In this document: positions 17,288 to 26,054 of the stretch, piece by piece | Layout of the letters: each line of letters starts with the position of its first letter | Position numbering within the stretch: position 1 is the stretch's first letter | Source of the DNA: Candidatus Woesearchaeota archaeon | GTDB lineage: Archaea; Nanobdellota; Nanobdellia; Woesearchaeales; JACRKL01 | Assembly: GCA_016219835.1 (NCBI GenBank) | Contig: JACRKL010000128.1 | Location: 1-32,064 of the forward strand | Length of the DNA stretch: 32,064 bases | Direction of reading: 5' to 3' | Program-made: the position numbers and the translations under genes | Notes under the pieces: model-generated | Seen by the model: the letters and a program-made list of their open reading frames with translations, nothing else | Database searches by the model: none | Told to the model about the DNA's origin: nothing

Positions 17288-18079
17288 ATGGCATTTTCCA
17301 AAACGTTTCTTGACGACGTCAAGAGAAAATTTGATTTGAATATTTATGAAGCAAAGATATGGACTGCTTTGCTTTCCAGGGGCATTGCATCTGCAGGGAC
17401 ATTGTCTGAGATTTCTAATGTGCCAAGATCAAGGAGCTACGACGTTCTTGAGAGTTTAGAAAAGAAAGGATTTGTGATTATGAAATTAGGAAAGCCGATC
17501 AACTACATTGCCGTTCCTCCGGAAGAAGTCGTCAAGCGCATGAAGCAGGAAATTAAGAAGCATGCAGAACAGCATGCAGAGACATTGCAGACGATCAAGG
17601 AGATGGATGTCTTTTCCGAGCTGGAATTGCTCTACAAGAACGGCATCGAACACATTGATCCGACCGATATGAGCGGCGCAGTTGTGGGAAGAGAAGCGAT
17701 TACTGCTTTTGTCAAGCATGCGATGCGCGATGCTAAAAAAAGTATTACCATTGTAACGACAAAAAATGCGTTCACCCGAAAAGTTAGCATGCTCAAGAGC
17801 GCGTACAAAAAAGCAGGCAACAAGAGCATCAAGATTACGTTTGTTGGACCAGTGGATGGAAGAGCAGAGCATATCCTCAAGTCTATGTCAGCTAATGTAG
17901 CAGTGCACAGTCATGACAAGATCAAAGGAAGGTTTATCATCATCGACAACGAACTGATGATCTTCATGATGTACGACAGCCAGAAGGATTTGCATCCGAG
18001 CTATGAAGTAGCGATCTGGACCAAAGCACCGTTCTTCGTGAAGTCGTTTGAGAATTTAGTGCATCTGGCGGCGAAGTAG
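17288..18079 (+). CDS. TrmB family transcriptional regulator
   Basis: N-terminal wHTH: LNIYEAKIWTALLSRGIASAGTLSEISNVPRSRSYDVLESLEKKGFV, then the coiled linker and C-terminal domain typical of TrmB. ATG 17288 has a G-rich SD at 17273-17280 and ATATTTATAAAG at 17229-17240. Confidence 0.8.
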   Translation: MAFSKTFLDDVKRKFDLNIYEAKIWTALLSRGIASAGTLSEISNVPRSRSYDVLESLEKKGFVIMKLGKPINYIAVPPEEVVKRMKQEIKKHAEQHAETLQTIKEMDVFSELELLYKNGIEHIDPTDMSGAVVGREAITAFVKHAMRDAKKSITIVTTKNAFTRKVSMLKSAYKKAGNKSIKITFVGPVDGRAEHILKSMSANVAVHSHDKIKGRFIIIDNELMIFMMYDSQKDLHPSYEVAIWTKAPFFVKSFENLVHLAAK

Positions 18080-18100
18080 GTCAGGTACATTCTTTTTATT

Positions 18101-18706
18101 TTATTTCTTTGATCCCTTCTTCTTATACGTAGTCGGTTTCATCAAACGAGCAAGCCGCAGGAGCTTTTGCAGCCGGGAAATAATGGGGTACCATACTCGT
18201 GTAGCTCTTACTTCTTTCTCAATCAACCTCACTTCTTTTGCTGCGATCTTCTCAGAATCAGCAGTCACATGCGCAAGCTGCTGACCTTGGGTGATGAACT
18301 CCTCGCCTAATCTTCCCGGAGCACTCAAGCGCCCAATAGCCCATCCTAAAGGAAGGACTGCAAGAATATCAATGAAATACATCCTTAGAAACCTGCCCAG
18401 ACTTGGTGACTCAAAGAACTTAAAATACAAGTCCATAACAATAAACAGGATAACCTGCAGATCAGCAAGTTCAACAATCTGGTGATGCTGCTGGAGGAAG
18501 ACACCATAGGCAGCCAGCTGCTCGGATGCATGTCCAAACATCCAGAGCATAGCACCATTGATCTGGGCAGCAAAGACGCCGATAAGCATGAATAAGAGGA
18601 CAAAAATCAGCCAAGGTGTTAAGAGCTCAACCAATTCTTCAACGAGATGGAGATGTATTTCATTGAAGCGACGGATACGAAGCTTGAGAGGGAGTAAGGA
18701 GGGCAT
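18101..18706 (-). CDS. voltage-sensor-like (ion_trans S1-S4) membrane protein without pore domain
   Basis: It has four predicted TM segments. FFESPSLGRFLRMYFIDILAVLP resembles the S2-S3 linker and S3. SRLQKLLRLARLMK has R/K at every third position, like S4. The ORF ends 11 aa after this segment. Confidence 0.5.
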   Translation of the reverse strand: MPSLLPLKLRIRRFNEIHLHLVEELVELLTPWLIFVLLFMLIGVFAAQINGAMLWMFGHASEQLAAYGVFLQQHHQIVELADLQVILFIVMDLYFKFFESPSLGRFLRMYFIDILAVLPLGWAIGRLSAPGRLGEEFITQGQQLAHVTADSEKIAAKEVRLIEKEVRATRVWYPIISRLQKLLRLARLMKPTTYKKKGSKK

Positions 18707-18756
18707 AGAAAGATTGTGAGTGCTGAGATATTTAAATGTAGAGGGTTTTCAAACGG

Positions 18757-19308
18757 TTAAATTTGAAGGAGTCTAAATGCTTCCTCATACGACATTGCTC
18801 CAAGATTAGGAATAGTGGCGTTTGGCCATCGAGACCTATGCTTGTCATAATAGACGACTTCATCAAGCGTACGGAAGAGAGGAATCTTCTCCTGAGCAAA
18901 GGATTCGACGACCTGACGAAAGCTGAGATCGGTAAAATAGGTTCCATGAATAATATCGGGGATTTGACGATAAGCATCACGATCATGTGCAAGGTTTATG
19001 AGATGTGAGGCAAAGTAAAGCATGCCTGCATCGTAAACAAAGCCACCCGCAGGATTTCTGCTTTCAGGATCAGTAATGCAATAGAAACATTCACCGCTTC
19101 CCGGCAATGCAACAAGAGGTTTCCGTTTCCATCGATGTTCTGGCTGCCGTTCAGAGAGATGACTGATTAAGAAAGGAACAACGGGATAGGGAGAAAAAAC
19201 ATGCAATGCACCAGCTTCATTTCTTAGGATCAATTCAGGTATGCTTATGTCTAAGGGAATAAGTTCTGGTTCATCTTTCTCTATACGAAAGTTCCCGTCG
19301 TAGAGCAT
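18757..19308 (-). CDS. hypothetical protein
   Basis: 183-aa ORF. Minus-strand TCTTTAAATC (19330-19339) lies 22-31 nt upstream of the ATG. No family recognised. Confidence 0.5.
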   Translation of the reverse strand: MLYDGNFRIEKDEPELIPLDISIPELILRNEAGALHVFSPYPVVPFLISHLSERQPEHRWKRKPLVALPGSGECFYCITDPESRNPAGGFVYDAGMLYFASHLINLAHDRDAYRQIPDIIHGTYFTDLSFRQVVESFAQEKIPLFRTLDEVVYYDKHRSRWPNATIPNLGAMSYEEAFRLLQI

Positions 19309-19346
19309 AGAGCTAAGATTTTGGTTGAGGATTTAAAGATGATGTT

Positions 19347-20084
19347 TTACTTTTTCGCGATCTTCCAGAGAAACATAAAGTGGTCGATATAGCTCTGCGC
19401 TATTTGTCTATTCTCTAGGATTATGGTCGTGAAAGGTTTTGTAAAATCAACAAGAAACACTTTGCTTCCTGCGATCATCGTCCTTACCGGTGCAATAAAC
19501 TCCGAAGGCAAATATCTAATCTCTGCATGCGGCTGTTGTTGTCGATGACCTTGAGCAAAAATAAGCAGCGTCTTGAGCTTGTGTTTCTTTTCAGCGTCAA
19601 AGAATGCTTTAAGGTCATGAGGGAAAAATTGAACAAAGGGATTTTCCTGCGTTCCATAACCATAATTGTACCCTGTTTCTTTGCTTCCTTCTGCAAGCTC
19701 TTTGAGCACTATTTGTGGTCCCTGATTGCCAAGATACATTCTAACGTTGCTATGCTCTGACTTGTTTGCCTGTTTTGCTTTGATAACTGAGATAAGAGCA
19801 ACCATTTCCTGCTGCGCATCTTGAATTTCAATCTTCTTCTCCTCAAGAAAGTCAACAAGACGCTCAGGCGGCGTTGCTTGGTAGTGTCTAACACCTTCTT
19901 TTTCAATAAAGCTAGCAAGACCCTTATTCAGCAGTTTTTGGAGAACATCATAAACTTTCGAACTCGCAAGGTTTGATCTCTTGATGATCGCGCCTGCCTT
20001 AGTCTCACCAGACTCAATAAGCAGTTCGTAGATCTCGCTCTCTCCCTTGGTAAGCCCAATCTTGTGCAGTTTTTCTTTAATCAT
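19347..20084 (-). CDS. TrmB family transcriptional regulator (paralog of 28690..29424)
   Basis: LTKGESEIYELLIESGETKAGAIIKRSNLASSKVYDVLQKLLNKGLASFIEKEGVRHYQATPPERL. The start is trimmed to ATG 20084, with AATTATATAAATG 19-31 nt upstream. Confidence 0.8.
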   Translation of the reverse strand: MIKEKLHKIGLTKGESEIYELLIESGETKAGAIIKRSNLASSKVYDVLQKLLNKGLASFIEKEGVRHYQATPPERLVDFLEEKKIEIQDAQQEMVALISVIKAKQANKSEHSNVRMYLGNQGPQIVLKELAEGSKETGYNYGYGTQENPFVQFFPHDLKAFFDAEKKHKLKTLLIFAQGHRQQQPHAEIRYLPSEFIAPVRTMIAGSKVFLVDFTKPFTTIILENRQIAQSYIDHFMFLWKIAKK

Positions 20085-20172
20085 AAAGGAAGAGATATCC
20101 TGAATTATATAAATGTTCTCCATTAAGGGGGGAGTAATATTTATATCCCAGATACCATTACTCAATAACAAC

Positions 20173-21234
20173 ATGGCAGATGAAGAACATATTCAGAGTA
20201 TAGAATCTTGGCTTAGAAGACTCATAGGACGACCTCTGCGAGAAAGAAATCAGGCAGCATATCATGAGTATAGAAAGCAACATAAAAGTGAGATAGGTAC
20301 GACGCTCCTATCTGATGACCTCATGAGCAGATGTAGTGGGTATGGTTCCATCTTTGAATCCATTATCCCAACGGATAAGATAGATCACTTTTATCATATC
20401 CCTAACTATCTCTGGCAAAAGCATATAACTGAAGGTACACCACTTGAAAAGCTTGTCCCTGAGAAAGCAGCTGCCATCCTGGAAGAAGTTGGAGATAACC
20501 TTGAGAGAAAACTCAGCCTTGATTGGGATCTTGCTGCTACGCACGCGCTTCTTGAGAATAACTTTTTCAGCCTTGTAGGGTATAAACAGTTTGTTGAAGG
20601 GTCATTTCCTCTAAGAGTAGATACCAGATATCGGGAACTAAATATCCCGTTTCATGAGTTTGTCTGGCACTCTTTTCTGTTTGCATCGCAGAGCGGCGGA
20701 ATCTATTACTGGAAACCTAGGGAGGCTGTTTGTCTAAAGGTTAGCGAATTTGATGAATACGAGAAGGACATAACAGCTATGCCAACAACATGGAACATGC
20801 TAAAAGCGGATGAATATGATAGAGAAAGGCGCCTTCTTAGAGAGATGATGTTTGTTCCGCTTGAGTCTGAACTAGATAAGCTGTGCCTTGAATTAACAGG
20901 TCCTGTTACAAAGCAAGGAAGAATGTTAGTGATAAAAACACTTGAGAGGCTGAACTTTGAAGAGGAAAATCAAAGACCGGTAGCTGTCGAAGAAGGTAAA
21001 GATAGTTTTTCAGGAAGAGATCTGTTGGTTATGAAATATGACAAGAGTCCTTATCCAACAAGACCTGGTGATGCAACTGATTTTCAAATACTCTATAAGC
21101 AGCCAATAGGCAAAGGTAACCCACTCTCTATTAGAAACGCTGATCCAAGATGTGGTTATGATGGTATAATGGATATCAGAGAGAGTAAGCTTATTGGTGA
21201 TAGAGCTATCCCATATCAGGGATGGGAGTTTTGA
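20173..21234 (+). CDS. hypothetical protein (353 aa)
   Basis: The start is at ATG 20173, with AATATTTATAT 27-37 nt upstream. It is divergent from the TrmB gene. No family recognised. Confidence 0.55.
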   Translation: MADEEHIQSIESWLRRLIGRPLRERNQAAYHEYRKQHKSEIGTTLLSDDLMSRCSGYGSIFESIIPTDKIDHFYHIPNYLWQKHITEGTPLEKLVPEKAAAILEEVGDNLERKLSLDWDLAATHALLENNFFSLVGYKQFVEGSFPLRVDTRYRELNIPFHEFVWHSFLFASQSGGIYYWKPREAVCLKVSEFDEYEKDITAMPTTWNMLKADEYDRERRLLREMMFVPLESELDKLCLELTGPVTKQGRMLVIKTLERLNFEEENQRPVAVEEGKDSFSGRDLLVMKYDKSPYPTRPGDATDFQILYKQPIGKGNPLSIRNADPRCGYDGIMDIRESKLIGDRAIPYQGWEF

Positions 21235-21292
21235 TCTGACCTTTTTGCGCAGCCGTTTTTCACGCCAAAAGACTATGAAAGAATACTTGGCT

Positions 21293-23875
21293 CTAAAGCT
21301 CCTTCTTCCCTTTCTTCAGCTCAATCTTCGCCAATACCATCTCATGCATCCTGCGCAGGAATTCAACTTTCTCCTCGATCTTGATCACATCGGTAAATCC
21401 CTGGACATACAGGTTGAAAGCGAATGGACTGGGAATTTGTGTCGTAATTTCCGTTAGCGTGATATCCCCAGATTCAATGTTAGTAAGTACCTCTTGTGCA
21501 TGAGGCAAGTCCATGAGATCATTAAGCACTTCTCTTCTTGCTTCTTTCAAGATGGGGAATTGTTCTGAAATTCTTCTCACGGCAGCCAAGAGTAACTGTG
21601 AGCTGACTTGTTGCATGCCTACACGCTTGCGATGGCCACGGTAATTGCGGAGGATCATTAATGCTCTTCCAGCACAATGTCGGAATCTTCGCTTTAAGAT
21701 TTCCGTTTTATCGAGGGCAAGTTCCATCGTGCCACGAAGTTCGTTTGCTTTGAGCATTTGCAATGCTTTTTTTGCATCAACCCTGCTCTCCGAAGCGATG
21801 GAAAAGCCGTGGTCATTAATCCCGATTTCCACATCACGGTGCTGCATTCTTGCAATCGCAAAAGCAACAGCTCTTGCCAACACGTCATTAACTCTTCTGC
21901 CATAGAGCGCATGGAAAAAATAATACTCTCTGCCTTTCTCCTCCTCAAAATGCTCGATGAGCATGTTTTTATCGTTGGGAATAACAGCATAGGCAAACTG
22001 CTCTTTCATGTAATCATAGAGTGCATGGGCGCTGTTCTGATCTGCATAGACATAGCGGTTTATGAAGGCAAGGATTTCCTCCTCGGTCTCTCCTGCGGTA
22101 AATTTTTCACGCAGCAATCTTCGGAATTTGCCGATGTCGAGAGCAAGGTCATAACTCAACGGCAACATCTCACTTGCCCATGACGGAATCGTTGGAGGTC
22201 TCATGACTGAAGCGGTAACTTGTGCAACCATACCTCTGGCAAATTGAAATTCATATTTCTCTCCGCCCAAGACAAAGACATCTCCGCGTTTTAAGCGTTC
22301 GAGAAATGCTTCATCAATATGACCTACGGCATGATCGCCTACTTTGACGGTGATAAATGATTCATCCGGAATCGTCCCCACATTCGTCATGTACATTACT
22401 CTGCTCATCATGCCTTTCTTTCCGATCTTTCCTTCATTGCGCCAGATTTTTGCATAGACATGACGATCTTCCAGCGATGCATACGCACCGGAAAGATAGT
22501 CCAAGATTTCGTTAAATGTCTGCTTGGAGAGACCCTGATAGCAGTAGCTTCTCCGCAAGACGCCAAGCAAGAGATCTTCATCCCACACTTGCTCAATGGC
22601 CATACCAAAAATCTGCTGTGCTAAGACATCAAGGCTGCTTTTCGGAATGTTGATGCGGTCTATTTTTTGTTCTAGCGCGTTCTTGAGCAGGACGCTGCAT
22701 TCGACGAGATCATCGCGATCAAGCACGATGATTCTTCCTTTTGCAACTTCATGCAGCTTGTGACCACTTCTGCCAATGCGCTGCAAGCATCGGGCAATGC
22801 TCTTTGGACTACCCAAGAGAATGACGAGATCAATAAAACCGATGTCAATGCCTAACTCCAGCGAGGTTGAAGTTACCACCACTTTCAGCTTACCCTGACG
22901 CAAGCTGTCCTCGATGTGGTATCTTGTTTCTTTGGAAAGGCTGCCGTGATGCGCACCGATATTTTCCAGGTATTTTGCCGGGAACTTTTCTTTAAGATGG
23001 TTAACGACACGCTCGGTTGCAGCTCTGGTGTTCGTGAAGATAAGCGTTGTTTTATGTTCTTGAATCAGTGAGTCAATCATCTCATACATCTTGCGATGCA
23101 ACGTTTCATGCGGCGTATCAATAATGTTGGAGACGGGACAGAGCACTTGGAGATCCATCTTCTTGATGAACTTGACATCGATGAGATCGCAGGGACGATC
23201 AACACCAACCAAGAAACGAGCGACTTCATCTAAGGGAGAGACAGTAGCACTCAACCCAATTCTGCACATGCCCTGCGAGTGAAAATGCAAACGCTCGAGA
23301 CTGAGTGAGAGATGGACACCTCGCTTGTTTTCTGCTAAGGCGTGCACTTCATCGACAATGCACCATTCGACCTGCTTCAAGTTTTCAATAAATTTGCTGC
23401 TGCTGAGCATGATTGCCAAGCTTTCAGGAGTCGTGATGAGAATGTGTGGCGGTTTTTTGAGCATGGCAGATTTTTCTGACGCTGATGTATCACCCGTTCT
23501 GGTTGCAACGCGAATGCCTAATGGTTTGCCGGCGAGCTCTTCCATTTCTTTTAAGGGAGTGGTAAGGTTGACTTCAATATCCCGAGAGAGTGCTTTAAGT
23601 GGATTAACATAAACACAATAGACTTTGTTCTCGAGAGCATTACGCTCGGAGAGACCGATGAGCTCATTGAGGATCGCTCCAAACGCACACAAGGTCTTAC
23701 CACTGCCCGTCGGAGCGCTGACTAAGGTGTTGATCCTGCAATGGACGTTATACATGGCATAGCGCTGCGGCTCGCTGAGCTCTTTAAACTTGTTGAAGAA
23801 CCACTTCCTGAACAACGACTGCATCATGCCTTTGGTCAGATTATCATCATGTGGCTCAGTTAAGAGGCGGATCAT
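21293..23875 (-). CDS. lhr: Lhr-like large ATP-dependent helicase
   Basis: APTGSGKT (motif I), VDEVH (II), LSAT (III) and QRIGRSGH (VI), plus a long C-terminal Lhr/DEAD-associated region. The start is set at ATG 23875 (M57 of the track ORF) for two reasons. GTTTAAAAGC lies 21-30 nt upstream of it, and the longer ORF reads into MITE copy B. ATG 23827 is an alternative start. Confidence 0.85.
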   Translation of the reverse strand: MIRLLTEPHDDNLTKGMMQSLFRKWFFNKFKELSEPQRYAMYNVHCRINTLVSAPTGSGKTLCAFGAILNELIGLSERNALENKVYCVYVNPLKALSRDIEVNLTTPLKEMEELAGKPLGIRVATRTGDTSASEKSAMLKKPPHILITTPESLAIMLSSSKFIENLKQVEWCIVDEVHALAENKRGVHLSLSLERLHFHSQGMCRIGLSATVSPLDEVARFLVGVDRPCDLIDVKFIKKMDLQVLCPVSNIIDTPHETLHRKMYEMIDSLIQEHKTTLIFTNTRAATERVVNHLKEKFPAKYLENIGAHHGSLSKETRYHIEDSLRQGKLKVVVTSTSLELGIDIGFIDLVILLGSPKSIARCLQRIGRSGHKLHEVAKGRIIVLDRDDLVECSVLLKNALEQKIDRINIPKSSLDVLAQQIFGMAIEQVWDEDLLLGVLRRSYCYQGLSKQTFNEILDYLSGAYASLEDRHVYAKIWRNEGKIGKKGMMSRVMYMTNVGTIPDESFITVKVGDHAVGHIDEAFLERLKRGDVFVLGGEKYEFQFARGMVAQVTASVMRPPTIPSWASEMLPLSYDLALDIGKFRRLLREKFTAGETEEEILAFINRYVYADQNSAHALYDYMKEQFAYAVIPNDKNMLIEHFEEEKGREYYFFHALYGRRVNDVLARAVAFAIARMQHRDVEIGINDHGFSIASESRVDAKKALQMLKANELRGTMELALDKTEILKRRFRHCAGRALMILRNYRGHRKRVGMQQVSSQLLLAAVRRISEQFPILKEARREVLNDLMDLPHAQEVLTNIESGDITLTEITTQIPSPFAFNLYVQGFTDVIKIEEKVEFLRRMHEMVLAKIELKKGKKEL

Positions 23876-23943
23876 GGAAGAATAATGCTGATGCAGTTTA
23901 AAAGCATTATGGGGGCGGTTGACCAGTGGAAGAACAACAAAGA

Positions 23944-24158
23944 GGCTCTGACGAAAATCACGCAAGATGCGAGGTTCTGCCATCGGTTCGCATGATTTAG
24001 GGTTCATTTGCTGGCGAGAATTCTTGCGAAGCAAGTGTATCACTCGAGCTGACCTTAGTCCTCGAGTGATTTCACCTCTGGAACACCCTTCTCGCTCAAA
24101 CCGATTCTTCTAAGAATGCTCACAGAAGGATGGCAGAACTAACATTTTCGTCAGAGCC
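23944..24158. mobile_element. MITE-like non-autonomous element, copy B (215 bp)
   Basis: The perfect 15-bp terminal inverted repeats are GGCTCTGACGAAAAT (23944-23958) and ATTTTCGTCAGAGCC (24144-24158). The inner pair is GTTCTGCCATC / GATGGCAGAAC. It is flanked by the perfect 9-bp direct repeat CAACAAAGA (23935-23943 and 24159-24167). About 50 nt at the 5' end and about 45 nt at the 3' end are homologous to copy A. The centre differs from copy A and is rich in hairpins. Confidence 0.8.
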
Positions 24159-24209
24159 CAACAAAGAAAAAGGATTATATAGATAACACATTAATGGTTA
24201 TAACAAAAC

Positions 24210-25610
24210 ATGACACCGTCAACACGTGCTTCAGGGATAATCGCTGCATGCCAGAAGATCCAGAAGGCCTGCAGGGTTCTCTTGATACTAGAGAAGAGAT
24301 CGTTGGCAAAGAGCGAGCTCGTGGTGAAGAATGCAACGGCATTGTTGGATGTTGCACCGACAGGAGTTTTCTCTTGGGCATTTCAGGGCAAACAAAGAGC
24401 ATCAGACAAGGAGCGGATCTTTGAGGAAGTTGAGAAAGAACTGCAAAATCTGGGTACTATCCTTGAACTCCAGAATAAGTATCTCCTTATGGATTTTGGA
24501 AATGACACGGAAGAGGAAACTGTCCAATGGATACTCTCCCTTCCACTGCTCCATTCAGTTATAAACTCGCATGATGACAAGGAATTGCTTGAAGAGATCG
24601 TCTATAAGCATCCAGAAACAATCCGGCGCATTCTTGCCTGCCTTATGGAACACAAAGAGAAAGTTATGGCACAGGAAGCAGCAGCAAATCTGTTGTTCCG
24701 CCAGCTGAAAGAAATAGAAGAGAGATTCCGCAAGAGCCAAAATTATTTTCGGTTTGCCGAGCTGGAAGAGACAAGGAAGCAAGAAGTTACTGCTTGCGTG
24801 CAGTCGTTTCAAGAGCATTTTAAGCAGCTGGACAGGTTCGAGCATGAGCATCCGCTGGACGGGGCATCCTTCCGTCTCGGAGAGATGGCGAGGGAAGCTT
24901 CAAGAATCGTTGCTGAGAATCGGGAGATAGAACGACTATTTAATCAGAGAGATCTTGCAGAACTCAAGGAGCTGGCAGGACAGCAGGCAAAGAGAGAACA
25001 GGATAAGATTGCCTACTTTAACCGGAAGCTGGAGGAGATGCGACGGCTTCAGCTAAATTTCCGTCCAGAGCAGCTCATTGCAGTGCATGTAACAAACCAT
25101 TTTCCGGAAAACGGAGTTATGAGAACAACTGGCCAGTTTACGGGCAAGATTTTTAGTAACGACAAGCGGTCGAAGGAACGGGAAGTCAAGTTTCCAAGGG
25201 AAACTATTCATTTTTCCCTCAACGGGAAAGTCGGCTCACATGTTTATGGAAACTGGGATTCAGTAAAGTTTGCGGTTCTTATTCCTGTTCATCTGATCAT
25301 GCAGCGGATTGTAAACCTAAATCCGGTTGATACTTATGTTGTTGGAGAATTGAATCTTCCGCATGGAAGTGAGATTATTGCGCGAGAAGAGGATGCGGTA
25401 GGACATCAGTTTGGGAATGCCAAATTTGTTCCGGTTCCGAATGGAAAGGCACTTGAAGAGGTGATTTCATTGCGCATAAAGGAACGCGGGTTTACGCCGA
25501 TGGGTGTTGGGATTGGATTGGTACAGAAGATAAAGGTGTGTTTGAAGCATATGCACGAGCTATCAAGGAAGAAGATGACTCCTTATATGATAAACGTTCT
25601 AGGGGTTTAA
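24210..25610 (+). CDS. large orphan protein, coiled-coil middle plus His-rich C-terminal domain (hypothetical)
   Basis: 466-aa ORF with GATTATATAGAT 26-37 nt upstream. It has a heptad-rich E/K/R/Q middle region, then a C-terminal domain HVTNHFPENG...RETIHFSLNGKVGSHVYGNW. No family recognised. Confidence 0.55.
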   Translation: MTPSTRASGIIAACQKIQKACRVLLILEKRSLAKSELVVKNATALLDVAPTGVFSWAFQGKQRASDKERIFEEVEKELQNLGTILELQNKYLLMDFGNDTEEETVQWILSLPLLHSVINSHDDKELLEEIVYKHPETIRRILACLMEHKEKVMAQEAAANLLFRQLKEIEERFRKSQNYFRFAELEETRKQEVTACVQSFQEHFKQLDRFEHEHPLDGASFRLGEMAREASRIVAENREIERLFNQRDLAELKELAGQQAKREQDKIAYFNRKLEEMRRLQLNFRPEQLIAVHVTNHFPENGVMRTTGQFTGKIFSNDKRSKEREVKFPRETIHFSLNGKVGSHVYGNWDSVKFAVLIPVHLIMQRIVNLNPVDTYVVGELNLPHGSEIIAREEDAVGHQFGNAKFVPVPNGKALEEVISLRIKERGFTPMGVGIGLVQKIKVCLKHMHELSRKKMTPYMINVLGV

Positions 25611-26026
25611 TCTCTGCTGAAGAATACACTCAACGGTTCAGGGAAGGGCGTGATCTCTTAAAACTCGTCCAAGAAGGAACAGGTTCTGGAGGCAGGGACA
25701 CAAATTTCTACAGGATAGCTCATGAATTTAACTTAGAGTGGGGTCATCATACAGACACCTCCTGGGGAGATATTGAGAAACTTGCAACACGGCTATATCA
25801 CAAATATTATTTTGAAGGGCAGTTTTTAGCAAAACAGGAGATTGAATATGAGAAACGCAAAATCAAGGAATACGCCTCATTCCTTCTAGAGAGAAAAAAG
25901 CGGCTTACGTCTCCCAAAGAGAGGGAAGCGCAGGTAAGGATAGCGGTCATTCTGGGCAAGCTCTACAAGGGACTGGTGAAGAAGTATGATGCACAGAGGA
26001 AAGGGGAACGGTTTATTCATGCGTGA
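25538..26026 (+). CDS. hypothetical protein; probably the -1-frame continuation of 24210..25610
   Basis: It has only a GTG start and no ATG. It overlaps the upstream ORF by 73 nt. Its frame is open from 25457. Confidence 0.4.
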   Translation: MFEAYARAIKEEDDSLYDKRSRGLISAEEYTQRFREGRDLLKLVQEGTGSGGRDTNFYRIAHEFNLEWGHHTDTSWGDIEKLATRLYHKYYFEGQFLAKQEIEYEKRKIKEYASFLLERKKRLTSPKEREAQVRIAVILGKLYKGLVKKYDAQRKGERFIHA

Positions 26027-26054
26027 GCATTGGAGAGAAAAAAAAAGAAAAAAT

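Noticed and set aside
23944-23960. Hammerhead-like CUGANGA...GAAA in the MITE terminus (CTGACGAAAA)
   Set aside because: Copy A has CTGGTGA at the same place, which breaks the core. There is no helix II between the boxes and no plausible cleavage-site helix.
23876-24043. 56-residue N-terminal extension of the Lhr ORF (track start 24043)
   Set aside because: The extension runs through the left 100 nt of MITE copy B. A TATA-like box sits correctly for ATG 23875.
25486-25496. Canonical -1 programmed-frameshift heptamer at GCGGGTTTACG
   Set aside because: G GGT TTA is not in the required register. The zero frame reads GGG TTT ACG, and I could identify no downstream pseudoknot.
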